This document shows positions 53,607-63,540 of a DNA stretch of 64,000 nt, one piece after another. The translations under genes were made by a program, and so were the position numbers. Source of the DNA: an uncultured delta proteobacterium. Lineage in GTDB: Bacteria; Myxococcota_A; Polyangia; Polyangiales; Polyangiaceae. The first letter of the stretch is position 1. Each line of letters opens with the position of its first letter. The notes under the pieces were generated by a model, which had not been told where the DNA came from, searched no databases, and saw only the letters and a list, made by a program, of their open reading frames with translations. Location: the NCBI GenBank assembly GCA_963850305.1, contig CAWKKR010000005.1:256001-320000 (forward strand), read 5' to 3'.

Positions 53607-54248
53607 TCACTCGTGGGGAACGGGGTACCCGAGCGGGTCGATCCCGAAACCTCGACAGATCGCGTCGAGCACCTCGTCCGCGCGCGTCACCGTCGCCGCG
53701 AGCGCTCCCCCGTTTTCGATGACGTAGTCGGCGCGACGAATCTTCTCCTCGAGCGGCATCTGGGCGCGCACGCGGGCGCGGATCTCATCGCGCGAAGCGC
53801 CGTCTCGGTCGGCAGCGCGCGCAACTCGAATCTCGGTCGGAGCCGCGACGACCACCACCGGCTTCAATGCGCCCTCGATGTGCGCCTCGAACAGCAACGG
53901 CACTTCGTAGCCGGCGAGGGGCGTTCCGAGCCGATCGAGCTCGGAGGAACGCTCGCTGAGGAGCGCTGCGACGAGAGGATGCGTGATCGCATTCAACGCG
54001 CGGCGCGCCTCATCGTCGTGGAAGACCAGACGAGCCACCCGCTTCCGATCGAGCTCACCGCGTGCATCGAGGACATCCGGCCCGAGCCGTTCGACGATGG
54101 CAGCGAGGCCCGTGGTTCCCTTTCGCACGACTTCGCGAGCCAGCTCGTCGGCGTCGATCACCGGTAATCCCCGCGCGCGGAACCTCCGCGCCACCGTGCT
54201 CTTTCCCGAACCGATGCCGCCCGTCAGACCGAAGAGACGAAGGGCCAC
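53607..54248 (-). CDS. coaE: Dephospho-CoA kinase
   Basis: GLTGGIGSGKS, IDAD, LNAITHP, VPLLFE, AQMP. Confidence 0.95.
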   Translation of the reverse strand: MALRLFGLTGGIGSGKSTVARRFRARGLPVIDADELAREVVRKGTTGLAAIVERLGPDVLDARGELDRKRVARLVFHDDEARRALNAITHPLVAALLSERSSELDRLGTPLAGYEVPLLFEAHIEGALKPVVVVAAPTEIRVARAADRDGASRDEIRARVRAQMPLEEKIRRADYVIENGGALAATVTRADEVLDAICRGFGIDPLGYPVPHE

Positions 54249-54319
54249 GACAAGGAGGCTACTCGATGCCGGACCTTGCGCAGCGGAGCCCTCCGGGGGT
54301 AATCGGAAGGGCTGAACCG

Positions 54320-55369
54320 ATGTTCTCTCCGCTCGTGCGCGCCTCCTTGGCTTTCTTCGTCGCAGCGACCCAGATTTTCGGGACGTTGCCGGCCTGCGCC
54401 GCGCCACTCACCGAAGCGGAGCACGTCCAGGGAATCGAGTGGCGGTTCCGCGCGGGCAGCACCCTTCATGCGCCGCCCGCCCTGGCATCGGACGGGACTA
54501 GCTACGTTGGCACCGGGGATGGCTCCGTCGAAGCAATCAGCCCGCTCGGCGTGCTCGAGTGGAGCTACATGGTGGAAGGGTCCATCTGGTGGGCACCCGT
54601 GCTCGACGCCGCGGGTCGCCTCTACGTCGCCACGGGTGCTCAGCGGCTCTACGCGTTCGGACCCACGGGCGTCATGGCCTGGCAAATTCGAACGCCGGCT
54701 CTCGTCGCGACGGATCCGGTCGTTTCACGGCGGTGGGGGCTCCTCTTCGGCGGCGCCGACACCAGCGTTTGGGCCTACTCGCTGCGCGCGAACGCCCTCT
54801 TTCATGTGCCGCTCGGCTCCCCGATCGTGGACGGGCCCGTTACGCGCGACGGTCGCATCGTCGTCGCGACGATGTCAGGCGCCACCTGGCTCCTCGACGG
54901 TGCGGTCAGAGTCGCCATCGTGCGCCTCGGAGCGCGCGTCCAAAGCATCGTCGGAGTCCTCCAGGACGATTCCGTCTCGGTGATCGCCGGTAACGCGCTC
55001 GTCCATATCGATTCCCGAGGACACGTCGCGTGGCGTCGGGACGATGTCGAGTGGGCCGCGTCTGAACGCGGTCGTTCGGTCGCCATCGATTCGAGAGGTT
55101 GGTTGGTGCGCCTCAGGGACGACGGGACGGAGACGGCGGGTACGTCCCTCGGTGCACGGGCAAGCGACGCGCCGAGTATCGCTCCCGGCGGCACCGTGTT
55201 CGTCCCGACCGACTCGGGGGAGCTCGCGATCGTGGACCCGCAAGGCAACGTTCGCCGCGTCTCGATCGCTCATGCTCCGCTGAAACGCCCCGTCGTTGAC
55301 GTCACCGGCCATCGTGTTCTCGTAGCGGCGGGGAACGGCACGCTCGTCGCACTCAGGTTCAGTGAATGA
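54320..55369 (+). CDS. Exported PQQ-like beta-propeller protein
   Basis: Signal peptide; repeated P-x-DG-YVGT-DG...G..W blades. Confidence 0.8.
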   Translation: MFSPLVRASLAFFVAATQIFGTLPACAAPLTEAEHVQGIEWRFRAGSTLHAPPALASDGTSYVGTGDGSVEAISPLGVLEWSYMVEGSIWWAPVLDAAGRLYVATGAQRLYAFGPTGVMAWQIRTPALVATDPVVSRRWGLLFGGADTSVWAYSLRANALFHVPLGSPIVDGPVTRDGRIVVATMSGATWLLDGAVRVAIVRLGARVQSIVGVLQDDSVSVIAGNALVHIDSRGHVAWRRDDVEWAASERGRSVAIDSRGWLVRLRDDGTETAGTSLGARASDAPSIAPGGTVFVPTDSGELAIVDPQGNVRRVSIAHAPLKRPVVDVTGHRVLVAAGNGTLVALRFSE

Positions 55370-56598
55370 CCGTGGACCTCAAGCGGAAGCTCGAACGCCT
55401 CGCGTCGCCCGCAGCCACGCCGACGGAGCGCGGTGACCCGATTGCCGATCTGCGCCGCCGGATGGCAGAAATCCTGGTTCGCGAGCGGCCCGAGAAGAAG
55501 CGCACCCTCCCCGAGCGCGACTTCGCGGAGCTCCCGTTCGCCCGCGTGGAGGAGAAAGACGGACCCATTTTTCGGCGGTTCGAACGCTACGGGCGAGCGC
55601 ACGCCGTTGGGCGGATCTCGGTCGATGCGGCATCCACGGCGTGCGCGGAAGTGTTATCGCTCGTGGCGCTGGATCCGTTCCTCGCCGAAGCGGATCCAGC
55701 GCGCGCTCTCTACCTCGACACGGAAACGACGGGCCTTGGCGGCTCCGGCACCGTCGCGTTCCTCGTGGGGCTCGGCGCATTCGACGGCGGCAACTTCGTC
55801 CTCGAACAGCTCCTTCTGCGCACGCCGGACGAAGAGGCCCCGCTATTGGGGCGAGTCGCCGCGCGACTCGCGAGTGCGTCGATGGTCGTCACGTTCAACG
55901 GCAAGGCGTTCGACGTTCCCATGCTCGAGAGCCGCTTCGTGATGAATCGACTGCAGGTGCCGCCGAGATTGCCGCACCTGGATCTGCTGCACGTCGCGCG
56001 CCGGGTGCACCGCAGGCGCCTCCGCTCTTGCACGCTGAAGTCGATTGAAGCCGGGGTCCTCGGCTTCGTGCGAGACGCGGATATCGATGGCGCGGACGTT
56101 GCCCCGCGCTACGGACATTTTCTTCGGACGGGGGACGAAAGCGCGCTCGTCACGGTCGTGGATCACAACGCATGGGACGTCGCATCGATGGCCGCGCTCG
56201 TCGGCTTGTATGGCGAGCCGCTCGAATCGCTCCACGGCGACGACCTCGTGGGGCTCGCGCAAGCCTACCGCAGAGCGCGCGCCTTCGATCGCGCCGACGC
56301 TGCCATCGAGGTCGCGATCGTCCGCGGTGCGGGACACGAAGCGCTGCGCGTCCGGGGCGACGTCGCAAAGGCGAGGGGCGACCGCGCCCGCGCGCTTCGT
56401 GACTTCGAAGCGTTCGCGGCCGTGGTGGACGATCCCGTCGCACGTCTCGAGCTCGCAAAGCTCTACGAGCATTTCGTCAAGGAACCCGCGCGGGCACTGG
56501 AACTCGTCGAGCGAGGCACTGGCGAACGTCCGGACGTCGCGACACGCCGGCGCTCCCGTCTGAAACGCAAGATTGGCGCCGGCGACGGGCGCTCGTGA
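55366..56598 (+). CDS. RNase H-like DEDD exonuclease with TPR-like C-terminus (MrfB/YprB-like)
   Basis: YLDTETTGL, VTFNGKAFD, HLDLLH, HNAWDV, ELAKLYEH. Confidence 0.9.
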   Translation: MTVDLKRKLERLASPAATPTERGDPIADLRRRMAEILVRERPEKKRTLPERDFAELPFARVEEKDGPIFRRFERYGRAHAVGRISVDAASTACAEVLSLVALDPFLAEADPARALYLDTETTGLGGSGTVAFLVGLGAFDGGNFVLEQLLLRTPDEEAPLLGRVAARLASASMVVTFNGKAFDVPMLESRFVMNRLQVPPRLPHLDLLHVARRVHRRRLRSCTLKSIEAGVLGFVRDADIDGADVAPRYGHFLRTGDESALVTVVDHNAWDVASMAALVGLYGEPLESLHGDDLVGLAQAYRRARAFDRADAAIEVAIVRGAGHEALRVRGDVAKARGDRARALRDFEAFAAVVDDPVARLELAKLYEHFVKEPARALELVERGTGERPDVATRRRSRLKRKIGAGDGRS

Positions 56599-56653
56599 GT
56601 CGATCGTGCCGGCTCGATTGATGATTGGGCAACAGGAATGCTAAACGGCCCGA

Positions 56654-59296
56654 ATGCCCTACGACCACCGGGTCATCGAGCGCACTTGGCAGGACTACTG
56701 GGAGAAGCACGACACGTTTCGAACCGTGCGGCGCCCTGGGCGGCCCAAGTACTACGTGCTCGACATGTTTCCCTACCCGTCCGGAGCCGGGCTCCATGTC
56801 GGACATCCCGTCGGGTACATCGCGACGGACATCATGGCCCGCTACAAGCGGATGCGCGGCTACGACGTGCTGCACCCGATGGGCTGGGACGCATTCGGTT
56901 TGCCCGCCGAACAGCACGCGATCAACACGGGTACTCATCCGGCGGTCACGACGGCGGAGAACATCCGTACGTTCCGGCGTCAGCTCAGGATGCTCGGCTT
57001 CTCGTACGACTGGTCGCGCGAGGTGAATACGACCGACCCCGGATACGTGAGATGGACGCAGTGGATCTTTCTCGAGCTCTTTTCGCGGGGGCTCGCCTCC
57101 CAGGCTGAAATTCCGGTGAACTGGTGTCCGGCGCTCGGCACCGTGCTCGCGAACGAGGAGGTCATCGACGGTCGGAGCGAGCGCGGTAACCACCCGGTTG
57201 TCCGTCAGCCGCTCCGGCAATGGCAGCTCAAGATCACGGCATATGCCGATCGGCTCGCGAACGATCTCGCACCTCTCGATTGGCCCGAGACGCGGCAGAA
57301 GCAACTCGACTGGATCGGACGCAGCGAGGGGGCGGAGGTCGCGTTCGAACTCGTCGGGCGAACGGACGAACTCGTGGTTTACACGACGCGCCCGGATACG
57401 CTCTTCGGCGCGACGTACATGGTGATCGCTCCCGATCATCGTCTCACTCTCGAACTCGCGTCTCCGGATCGGCGTGCGGAGGTGATGGCCTACGCCGGCG
57501 CCGCGTCGCGCAAGAGCGACATGGAACGAACCGCGCTGAACAAGGAGAAAACGGGCGTCTTCACGGGAGCGTTCGCGAAGAATCCGCTCACGGGAAAGGA
57601 GATTCCGATTTACACGGCCGACTACGTCCTCGGCGCGTACGGCACCGGCGCCATCATGGCCGTGCCGGCGCACGACGAGCGCGACTTCGAATTTGCTCGC
57701 GCTTTCGGATTACCGATCGTCGAGGTCATCAGTCCTGACGGGCAGCTCCATGACGAGTTGAAGAGCGCGTTCACGGGGGAGGGGATTGGCGTGCGTTCCG
57801 GCGCGTTCGACGGTCAACCGAGCGCTGAGATGAAGAAGAACATCACGGCCCACTTGGTGAAGACCGGCATCGGGCGCGCCAAGGTGAACTACAAGTTGAG
57901 AGACTGGGTATTCAGCCGTCAACGGTACTGGGGAGAGCCGATCCCGATCTATTTTCCCGTGGAGAGCGCGGGCGACCCACGAACAGGGTCCCCGCATACG
58001 ATCGACTATTCCCGTCCCATCGCGTGCGATCCGGCAGAACTCCCGTTGCTCCTGCCGGAACTCGACGACTACTTGCCCGGAGATCCACAGGGTCCGCTTG
58101 CCCGTGCGCTCGATTGGCGTTTCTTCCGGCGCGACGGCCATTGGTTCGCGCGCGAAACGAACACGATGCCTCAGTGGGCCGGTTCGTGCTGGTATTACCT
58201 GCGGTATCTGGACCCCCACAACGCGACGAGGATCTTCGACGACCGCGCCTACGACGATTGGATGCCCGTCGATCTCTACGTGGGGGGAGCCGAGCACGCC
58301 GTCTTGCACCTCTTGTACGCGCGCTTCTGGCACAAAGTGCTCTTCGACATCGGCATCGTGAAGGACCCGGAACCTTTCACGAAGCTGGTTCACCAGGGCA
58401 TGATGCTCGGGCAATCGTTCCGGTACTACAAGCTCGTCACGGGGGGCCCCCTGGACCCGCTGATTGATGGGGATGATCCGGACGTCGAATACGATCGCGA
58501 GAGCGGCAAATATCATTTCGTCAGGACAGGCGAGCCCGTGGAGGCCGTATGGGTCGGTTCGGGGGAAGTCTGCTGGGACGGTGCGACGCCATATTACGGC
58601 GCCGTGAAACTCGTCGCGGTTTCCGAGAAGATGAGCAAATCTCGAGGAAACGTGGTCAATCCGGATCAGGTCGTCGACGAATTCGGCGCGGATGGTTTAC
58701 GGGTCTACGAGATGTTCATGGGACCGCTCGAGCAGGTGAAGCCCTGGCAGACCAGCGGCATCCAGGGTGTACGGCGCTTTCTGGACCGTGTTCACGCGGT
58801 GGCGAGCGGTCCCGTCACCGAAACGATGGGAGCCGAGACCGCGAAGTTGGTCCATAAGACCGTCAAGAAGGTGACCGAAGACATCGAGGCGCTCCGCTAC
58901 AACACGGCGATCAGCGCGATGATGATCTTGACGAATCACCTGCACGGGCTCGACGCCGTTCCGCGCGAGGCGGCCGAGAAGCTCGTTCTTTGCCTGAGCC
59001 CGTTTGCACCCCACCTCAGCGAAGAGCTTTGGCACCATCAGGGTCGATTCGGAGGCGTGAGTTACGTGGCTTGGCCGACCTTCGACGCGGCCCTTTGCGT
59101 CGATGACGTCGTGGAACTGCCCGTCCAGGTGAACGGGAAGGTGCGCGGCAAGGTGACGCTGCCGCGAGACGCGACGGAGGACGTCGTGCGCCTGGCCGCG
59201 CTAGCGGATGAGAACGTGCAGAAGCACATCGCGGGCAAGGAGCTGCGGAAAGTCGTCTACGTTCCTGGTCGGATCGTGAACGTCATCGTAGGCTGA
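56654..59296 (+). CDS. leuS: Leucine--tRNA ligase
   Basis: MFPYPSGAGLHVGH, GWDAFGLPAE, TTRPDT, SRQRYWGEP, KMSKS. Confidence 0.98.
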   Translation: MPYDHRVIERTWQDYWEKHDTFRTVRRPGRPKYYVLDMFPYPSGAGLHVGHPVGYIATDIMARYKRMRGYDVLHPMGWDAFGLPAEQHAINTGTHPAVTTAENIRTFRRQLRMLGFSYDWSREVNTTDPGYVRWTQWIFLELFSRGLASQAEIPVNWCPALGTVLANEEVIDGRSERGNHPVVRQPLRQWQLKITAYADRLANDLAPLDWPETRQKQLDWIGRSEGAEVAFELVGRTDELVVYTTRPDTLFGATYMVIAPDHRLTLELASPDRRAEVMAYAGAASRKSDMERTALNKEKTGVFTGAFAKNPLTGKEIPIYTADYVLGAYGTGAIMAVPAHDERDFEFARAFGLPIVEVISPDGQLHDELKSAFTGEGIGVRSGAFDGQPSAEMKKNITAHLVKTGIGRAKVNYKLRDWVFSRQRYWGEPIPIYFPVESAGDPRTGSPHTIDYSRPIACDPAELPLLLPELDDYLPGDPQGPLARALDWRFFRRDGHWFARETNTMPQWAGSCWYYLRYLDPHNATRIFDDRAYDDWMPVDLYVGGAEHAVLHLLYARFWHKVLFDIGIVKDPEPFTKLVHQGMMLGQSFRYYKLVTGGPLDPLIDGDDPDVEYDRESGKYHFVRTGEPVEAVWVGSGEVCWDGATPYYGAVKLVAVSEKMSKSRGNVVNPDQVVDEFGADGLRVYEMFMGPLEQVKPWQTSGIQGVRRFLDRVHAVASGPVTETMGAETAKLVHKTVKKVTEDIEALRYNTAISAMMILTNHLHGLDAVPREAAEKLVLCLSPFAPHLSEELWHHQGRFGGVSYVAWPTFDAALCVDDVVELPVQVNGKVRGKVTLPRDATEDVVRLAALADENVQKHIAGKELRKVVYVPGRIVNVIVG

Positions 59297-59313
59297 ACGG
59301 GCTCGCACGGAAC

Positions 59314-59862
59314 GTGCGCGGAGCTGTGGGAATTCTGTTGTTTCCCGTGAAACTTGGCCTTTTCCTGATCCCTTGCGTCGTCTGCGGCGCCGCTGGGTGC
59401 GGCTACCATTCGCCTGTGCCGCCGGAAGACGAAAGGTTGAGCGTTGCGTTGGCGCCGCTGCGAACCCCAGACCTGGCGGCAGAACAGGAACTTCTCGCGG
59501 GTGCACGGGCGGAGCTGGGTCGGGAGGGCGCCCTGGCGGACGGGAGCGGATATGCGAGGCTAGTGGTGGAACTCGTCCGAGTCGACGAAGTCGCGGCGGG
59601 CATTCAAGCGAGCCCAGCCCCTTTGGCGAGGGGATCTGCCGTCGGGGTCACGGCGCGCGGCTGGATCGTTCGCGGTCCGGGTGCCCCGCCAGAAAGGGAA
59701 ACGGGGGACGTGCGTCGGGTCGAGACCGTCGCCCAGGGTGCGGATCCACGGAGCGGCAGCTACGCTTTCGACGAGGCCGCGCGCGCGGCAGCCAACCGTG
59801 TCGGGAGAGCACTCGTGCTTCGCATCTTCGGGATCGCCGAGCCGGGCGTTGAGCCGATGTGA
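59314..59862 (+). CDS. LptE-like lipoprotein (start uncertain)
   Basis: AAGCGY lipobox typical of LptE; directly downstream of leuS, the usual lptE position. Confidence 0.6.
   Translation: MRGAVGILLFPVKLGLFLIPCVVCGAAGCGYHSPVPPEDERLSVALAPLRTPDLAAEQELLAGARAELGREGALADGSGYARLVVELVRVDEVAAGIQASPAPLARGSAVGVTARGWIVRGPGAPPERETGDVRRVETVAQGADPRSGSYAFDEAARAAANRVGRALVLRIFGIAEPGVEPM
59339..59354. promoter_or_regulatory. parS-like palindrome
   Basis: TGTTTCCCGTGAAACT, 14/16 match to consensus TGTTTCACGTGAAACA. Confidence 0.55.
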
Positions 59863-59896
59863 AGCGCGGCGCTGCATGTGTTACGGTCCTGCGGCC

Positions 59897-60547
59897 ATGA
59901 TTACGGTAGGGTGCGCAGGTTTCGCGGTACCCGCCACGCGGTACTTCAAGGAATACGGGTTCGTCGAGATCCAGGAAACGCACCGATCTGCACCGGGACC
60001 GGGCACGATCCGCCGATGGCGCCGGGAAGCTCCGGACGATTTCAACTTTGCCGTGCTAGGCCCGCGCGAGGTCGCGCAAGAGGGATTCCGTCCCGGCAAG
60101 GTTATTGAAACCGCGCTCCTTGGTCTGCTCGAGGTCGCCGCCGAACTCGACGCGAAGACTGCCGTCTTCGTCGCCGCGCCCGATTTTGCGCCCACGCGGC
60201 CGAACAAGGCGGCGCTGAAAGACTTCCTGCAGATGGCCCGGCCGAAGTTCGACCTGGTCGTCTTCGAGCCTGGATTCGATTGGGATGCCGACGTCGCGGA
60301 TGCGCTGGCGGACGAGACCGGAACACTGGCAGCGCGGGACCCGTTACGACATGGCGCGTCAGCGCGTCCAATCGCGTATTATCGTCTCCCGGGTCCTGCC
60401 GGCCACAAATCTCGGTACGAGGACCCAGCGATCGAGAGACTCGCCGCGATCGCCCTGGAAGCCAGGAACGAGTCCGCCCACTACGTGTTCGCGAACGTCG
60501 ACATGTTCGCGGACGCAAAGCGCTTCAAAAAAGCCTACGGGATGTGA
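59897..60547 (+). CDS. DUF72 family protein
   Basis: MITVGCAGF, FVEIQET, WRREAPDDFNF, YYRLPG, VFAN. Confidence 0.8.
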   Translation: MITVGCAGFAVPATRYFKEYGFVEIQETHRSAPGPGTIRRWRREAPDDFNFAVLGPREVAQEGFRPGKVIETALLGLLEVAAELDAKTAVFVAAPDFAPTRPNKAALKDFLQMARPKFDLVVFEPGFDWDADVADALADETGTLAARDPLRHGASARPIAYYRLPGPAGHKSRYEDPAIERLAAIALEARNESAHYVFANVDMFADAKRFKKAYGM

Positions 60548-60568
60548 GCTGGCCCGATGCCACAAAGA

Positions 60569-60596
60569 CGAATCCCGGCGTCTCCGCCGGGATTCG
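60569..60596. terminator. Hairpin between convergent genes (likely intrinsic terminator)
   Basis: CGAATCCCGGCG-TCTC-CGCCGGGATTCG, 12-bp perfect stem; weak T-run on the minus strand. Confidence 0.65.
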
Positions 60597-60632
60597 GGCC
60601 AACGATCACGCGGCTCGACGCCGCACGTCAGT

Positions 60633-61121
60633 TCAGTTTGACGGCAGCTCGAACCCCCAGCAATCATCCTGGCAGTTCGCGCCGGAGTCGCCGGAGCCGC
60701 GGGTACAGCTGAAAAGGTCGCTGGTCGTGCTATCGAGGACGCCGGACCCGTCGGCTGAGCAATTCGAGGCGCAATCGTCGAGGGTGCCGTGAACTCCCGC
60801 GTCGTTGCCGGCGAGGCACGCGGCAACACACGGAAATTCCTGGGTGCATGCCGTGCTGCAGAGGCAAGCGTGCCACTCGTCGCCGCAGGTGCTCGTGATG
60901 CACGTGTGACACTGGCTCGTGTCCGTGTCGGGAGCGCACTTCCCCGAGTCCATGCTCATGCCCGCTTCCATGCTCATCTGGCCGCCGGCGCTCATCATGG
61001 TGCCGGAGTCCGCTCCACCGGTGCCCCCGTCAGCCGTCCCTTTGGAGGTGCTGGATGAGCAAGCGGCAGCGGCCGATGCGGCCAAAAAAGCGCCCAAAAC
61101 ATAGAGTTTATGCAAAGCCAT
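60633..61121 (-). CDS. Cys-rich lipoprotein
   Basis: AAAAC lipobox, G/S/M linker, many Cys (CHTCITSTC..CLCSTAC..CVAAC..CASNC..CQDDC). Confidence 0.85.
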   Translation of the reverse strand: MALHKLYVLGAFLAASAAAACSSSTSKGTADGGTGGADSGTMMSAGGQMSMEAGMSMDSGKCAPDTDTSQCHTCITSTCGDEWHACLCSTACTQEFPCVAACLAGNDAGVHGTLDDCASNCSADGSGVLDSTTSDLFSCTRGSGDSGANCQDDCWGFELPSN

Positions 61122-61294
61122 CTCTGTCTCCTCGGTCAAAAGCCGCCCGGCCGCTCGCCGAACAGGCAGAATTAAGTGTCACCGCGCTTTTGCCATACCG
61201 CCGTCGAGGGGTCAACTTGCCCGACCCAAGTGGGCGCCCGATGCGGTCCGCTCAGTGAGACGGTGGCGGCTCACGAATATTCACATTGGCCCCG

Positions 61295-62911
61295 CTACGA
61301 TTTCGGACGGGCTCTTTTCCGCGATGCGAGCCCCATCGCCACGATCGCCGCCGTCGCGAGCCACCACGGGCCGTCTCCCCACACATTGTAAGGGGTCCTC
61401 CCCCGGAGCCAGGCTATCGGCGCGCGGATGGCCTCCTCGCGGCCCGTCTCGGTGTGTCGTACCACGCGACCGACGGGGTCGATGATGGCGCTCACGCCGC
61501 TGTTCGTCGCGCGGGCCAAAAATCGTCGCTGTTCGATCGCGCGAAATTCGGAGAGTGCCAGGTGGATCCACGGTTCGGTCGTGTCACCGAACCACGCGTC
61601 GTTCGTGATGTTGACGAGCAAGTCACCGGGATCGGCTCGCACCAGATCATTCACGAACGAGGGGAGTACGTCCTCGTAGCAGATGTGAACATTCAGCTTG
61701 TGAGCGCCCAGCTCGAGCGCCTTGAGCGAGGTCCCCCGCTCGAACTTACCCGTGTTCGGCGACCAATCGTAGAGCATCGGAAAGGTATCACCGAGGGGAA
61801 GATATTCGCCGAACGCGAGAAGATACGTTTTGTCGTAACGCCCGCGGATCTCGCCGTTGGCGTCGGCAAGCAACGCCGAGTTGAACAGCACGTACTTCCG
61901 TTGATCCTGCACTTCGCGGTAGAGCACCGCGCCGAAGACCGTCGGTACGTGGAGTGCACGCGTAAACTTCGCCGGGTAGATGAGCCCCGTGAGCGCCTCT
62001 GGCGTGGGTTCCATGACGGACGTCTCGCTCCAGGCGACCAGATCGAGCGGCCCCTGGGACTCGAGCTCGCGCGTGAGCTCGAGGTGTCGCCGGAGGCCCT
62101 CATCGGGGTCGTTCCTCTTTCCCATCAACGACATGTTCGCTTGAACGACGCCCACGACGGCCTTGGGCGCGCTGGCGACGCGCCGATCGACCTGGGGGAT
62201 CCGGATCGCGCCGTAGGCCGCGGAGGCGATGGGAACGGCGAGCAGCGCGCCGATGAGTCGCAGGTTCGCCGCGCGTTTCTCGAGCCGTGACAGGCCGAGT
62301 TCGGCAACCGCGAGGTTTGCCGCGACCAGCACCAGGCCCACGAGGATCGGATTTCCGAGCTCGGCGACCTGTGTCAGCGCCGGTACCTGGTGAACGGTCG
62401 CTCCGAAGTACCACGGAAACAGGAGCGGGAAGACGAGCTCGCTCGCGACGAACGCCAGGGCAAACGAGGTGCCGGCCGGCCACCCTCGCGTCGTCGCGCG
62501 TCCAGACAGGAAACCGAGCAACGCGATCCGACCACCCTGATAGCCACACAGAATCGCCACGAACAGCACGCAGACCGGCGCCGAGAAGCCGCTGAACGTC
62601 TCGAGCATGCCGACCAGGAAATAGAAGCCGCACATGGTCATCGTGAAGCCGGCGGCCCAGCCGAGACCCGCGGCGCGGCGCGTCCTCTGATGCCGCATGG
62701 CGACGATCAGCGGCGCCAACGCCACGAAGGACAACGGCCACCAATCGATGCCCGGGAATGCGAGGAAGTACAGAAAGCCCGAAAGAACGGCGAGGGCGTA
62801 CGCGATCGGGGCCCCGAGCGGCGCGGGTGCCGCACCGACCGAGGGGGCCGAGCTTTGGAGGGTGTCCGGCTTCGTTCGAGGGTCGTCCGAACTGTTGGGC
62901 ACGCCGTCCAT
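61295..62911 (-). CDS. lnt: Apolipoprotein N-acyltransferase
   Basis: VAWSETS (E), YDKTYLLAFGEY (K), ICYED (C), NITNDAWFG, RATNSGVS. Confidence 0.95.
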   Translation of the reverse strand: MDGVPNSSDDPRTKPDTLQSSAPSVGAAPAPLGAPIAYALAVLSGFLYFLAFPGIDWWPLSFVALAPLIVAMRHQRTRRAAGLGWAAGFTMTMCGFYFLVGMLETFSGFSAPVCVLFVAILCGYQGGRIALLGFLSGRATTRGWPAGTSFALAFVASELVFPLLFPWYFGATVHQVPALTQVAELGNPILVGLVLVAANLAVAELGLSRLEKRAANLRLIGALLAVPIASAAYGAIRIPQVDRRVASAPKAVVGVVQANMSLMGKRNDPDEGLRRHLELTRELESQGPLDLVAWSETSVMEPTPEALTGLIYPAKFTRALHVPTVFGAVLYREVQDQRKYVLFNSALLADANGEIRGRYDKTYLLAFGEYLPLGDTFPMLYDWSPNTGKFERGTSLKALELGAHKLNVHICYEDVLPSFVNDLVRADPGDLLVNITNDAWFGDTTEPWIHLALSEFRAIEQRRFLARATNSGVSAIIDPVGRVVRHTETGREEAIRAPIAWLRGRTPYNVWGDGPWWLATAAIVAMGLASRKRARPKS

Positions 62912-62925
62912 GTGAAATGCGTCAG

Positions 62926-63438
62926 CTACTCGGTACGTTTGATGACGTGAAAGCCGAACGGCGTCTCGACCAGGTCGCTCACCTGCCCGGGCCGCAGGGC
63001 GAAGGCAGCGTCCGCGAACGGCTTGACCATTTGCTGCCGTGTGAACTTCCCGAGTTCGCCGTGATTCATCTTGGCGGACGGATCGTCGGACATTTCGTCG
63101 GCGAGCTTGCCGAAGTCCTCGCCCTTCCGCGCTCGAGCGAGCACTTGCTCGGCTCTTGCCTTCGCGGCGTCCTTGGAGCGTTCGATGCCCGGGGAGGCGC
63201 GAAGAGCGCCCTTGTACGCGACGAGGATATGGGCCGCCGTCACCGTGTCGTTCGCGGGCGCTGCGGCGGTCGCGGCCGGTGCCGCAGTCGCTTCCGGGGC
63301 GGCCGAAGCAGCTGCCGGAGCTTCCGCGGGTTCCTCGCTCGGTACGACGCCTACCGGCGCCGGGGGTTCCGTCAAGTCAGCGCAGGCCGTGCTGCACACC
63401 AGGCACGCGAGTGAAAACGCTAGGCGACCCGTCGTCAT
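62926..63438 (-). CDS. Parvulin-type peptidyl-prolyl isomerase lipoprotein
   Basis: AAHILV, SDD, GELG, MVKPFADAAF, VETPFGFHVI. Confidence 0.92.
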   Translation of the reverse strand: MTTGRLAFSLACLVCSTACADLTEPPAPVGVVPSEEPAEAPAAASAAPEATAAPAATAAAPANDTVTAAHILVAYKGALRASPGIERSKDAAKARAEQVLARARKGEDFGKLADEMSDDPSAKMNHGELGKFTRQQMVKPFADAAFALRPGQVSDLVETPFGFHVIKRTE

Positions 63439-63540
63439 CGGGGGCTACTCGTACGGCGCGGCCCACAGGCGTGGCAAGGTATTTCGCGCCGCGGCCTTGC
63501 CCCCTGGGCTAGACCCAAGGGATCATCGGCATCCCCCGGA

